Part shown: positions 63,528-64,000 of the stretch, piece after piece
Position numbering within the stretch: position 1 is the first letter of the stretch
Layout: each line of letters begins with the position of its first letter
Source of the DNA: Okamejei kenojei
Taxonomy: Eukaryota
DNA length: 64,000 nt
Reading direction: 5' to 3'
Assembly: GCA_035221665.1 (NCBI GenBank)
Contig: CM069144.1
Location: 37,944,001-38,008,000 of the forward strand
Program-made: the position numbers and the translations under genes
The notes under the pieces: model-generated
Told to the model about the DNA's origin: nothing
Seen by the model: only the letters and a program-made list of their open reading frames with translations
The model's database searches: none

Positions 63528-64000
63528 GGTGTGTAGGAAAGAACTGCAGGTGCTGGCTTAAATAAAAGGTAGACACAAAATGCTGGAGTCTGAAGAAGGG
63601 TCTCGACCTGAAACGCCATCCATTCCTTCTCTACAGAGATGCTGCCTGTTCCAACTTGTGCTGGTGATTGTGTCCCTCCTCCTACACCCATACCCAGTCA
63701 TATAGTTATTTTATTTCGTTCCCAATATGGGGTCTCCCAATTTCTAACTATTTTAACTCTCCATACTATTCCCATACTGGCTTTTCTGTCCTGGGCTTCT
63801 TGCATCATCAAAGCGAGGCCACATGCAAACTGGAGAAGCCACACCTCATATTCTGCTTGGGTAGGTACAACACAAAAGTATGGACATCGAGATAGATGTA
63901 GATACAAGGAACTGCATATGTTGGTTTAGGGGAAAAAAAGGAACAAGGCACTGGAGTGACTCAACAGGTCAGGCAGCATCTCTGGAGAACGTGGATAGGG
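63528..64000. mobile_element. Penelope cluster: inverted terminal units, hammerhead at 63590-63620, GIY-YIG C-terminal fragment (63730-63870, plus)
   Basis: ctgaagaagggtctcgacctgaaacgcc; encodes YFNSPYYSHTGFSVLGFLHHQSEATCKLEKPHLIFCLG. Confidence 0.8.

Overview
Eukaryotic, repeat-dense, CpG-poor vertebrate DNA. It is most likely from a cartilaginous fish (skate or ray): it carries many HE1-type tRNA-derived V-SINEs whose 3' tail is shared with CR1/HER1-type LINEs. I find no intact host gene, RNA gene or CRISPR array, so it reads as intronic or intergenic sequence. Every ORF I can recognise is a retroelement remnant: CR1 RT at 945-4856, 51520-53918 and 56090-58080; an RTE-X-like RT nested in a CR1 at 1208-2887; Rex1/Babar, L2 and Penelope fragments. 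The signal least explained by the ORF track is about a dozen or more Penelope-derived terminal units carrying a minimal hammerhead-ribozyme motif (CTGAAGA-A-GGGT-CTCG-ACCC-GAAA-CGTC). These are often in inverted pairs, one is flanked by a 15-bp target-site duplication, and most are disabled by CpG decay at core positions. Also present are four PIF/Harbinger-type MITEs sharing one terminus (one with an in-window empty site), a probable CpG-rich solo LTR, two unexplained ~100-140 bp direct-repeat pairs, a 40-bp CAGAC-rich minisatellite and several repeat-free candidate enhancer blocks. I cannot claim a wholly new system: hammerheads in Penelope elements are known. Family assignments are from motif recognition only, and repeat boundaries are approximate unless a TSD or TIR is quoted.
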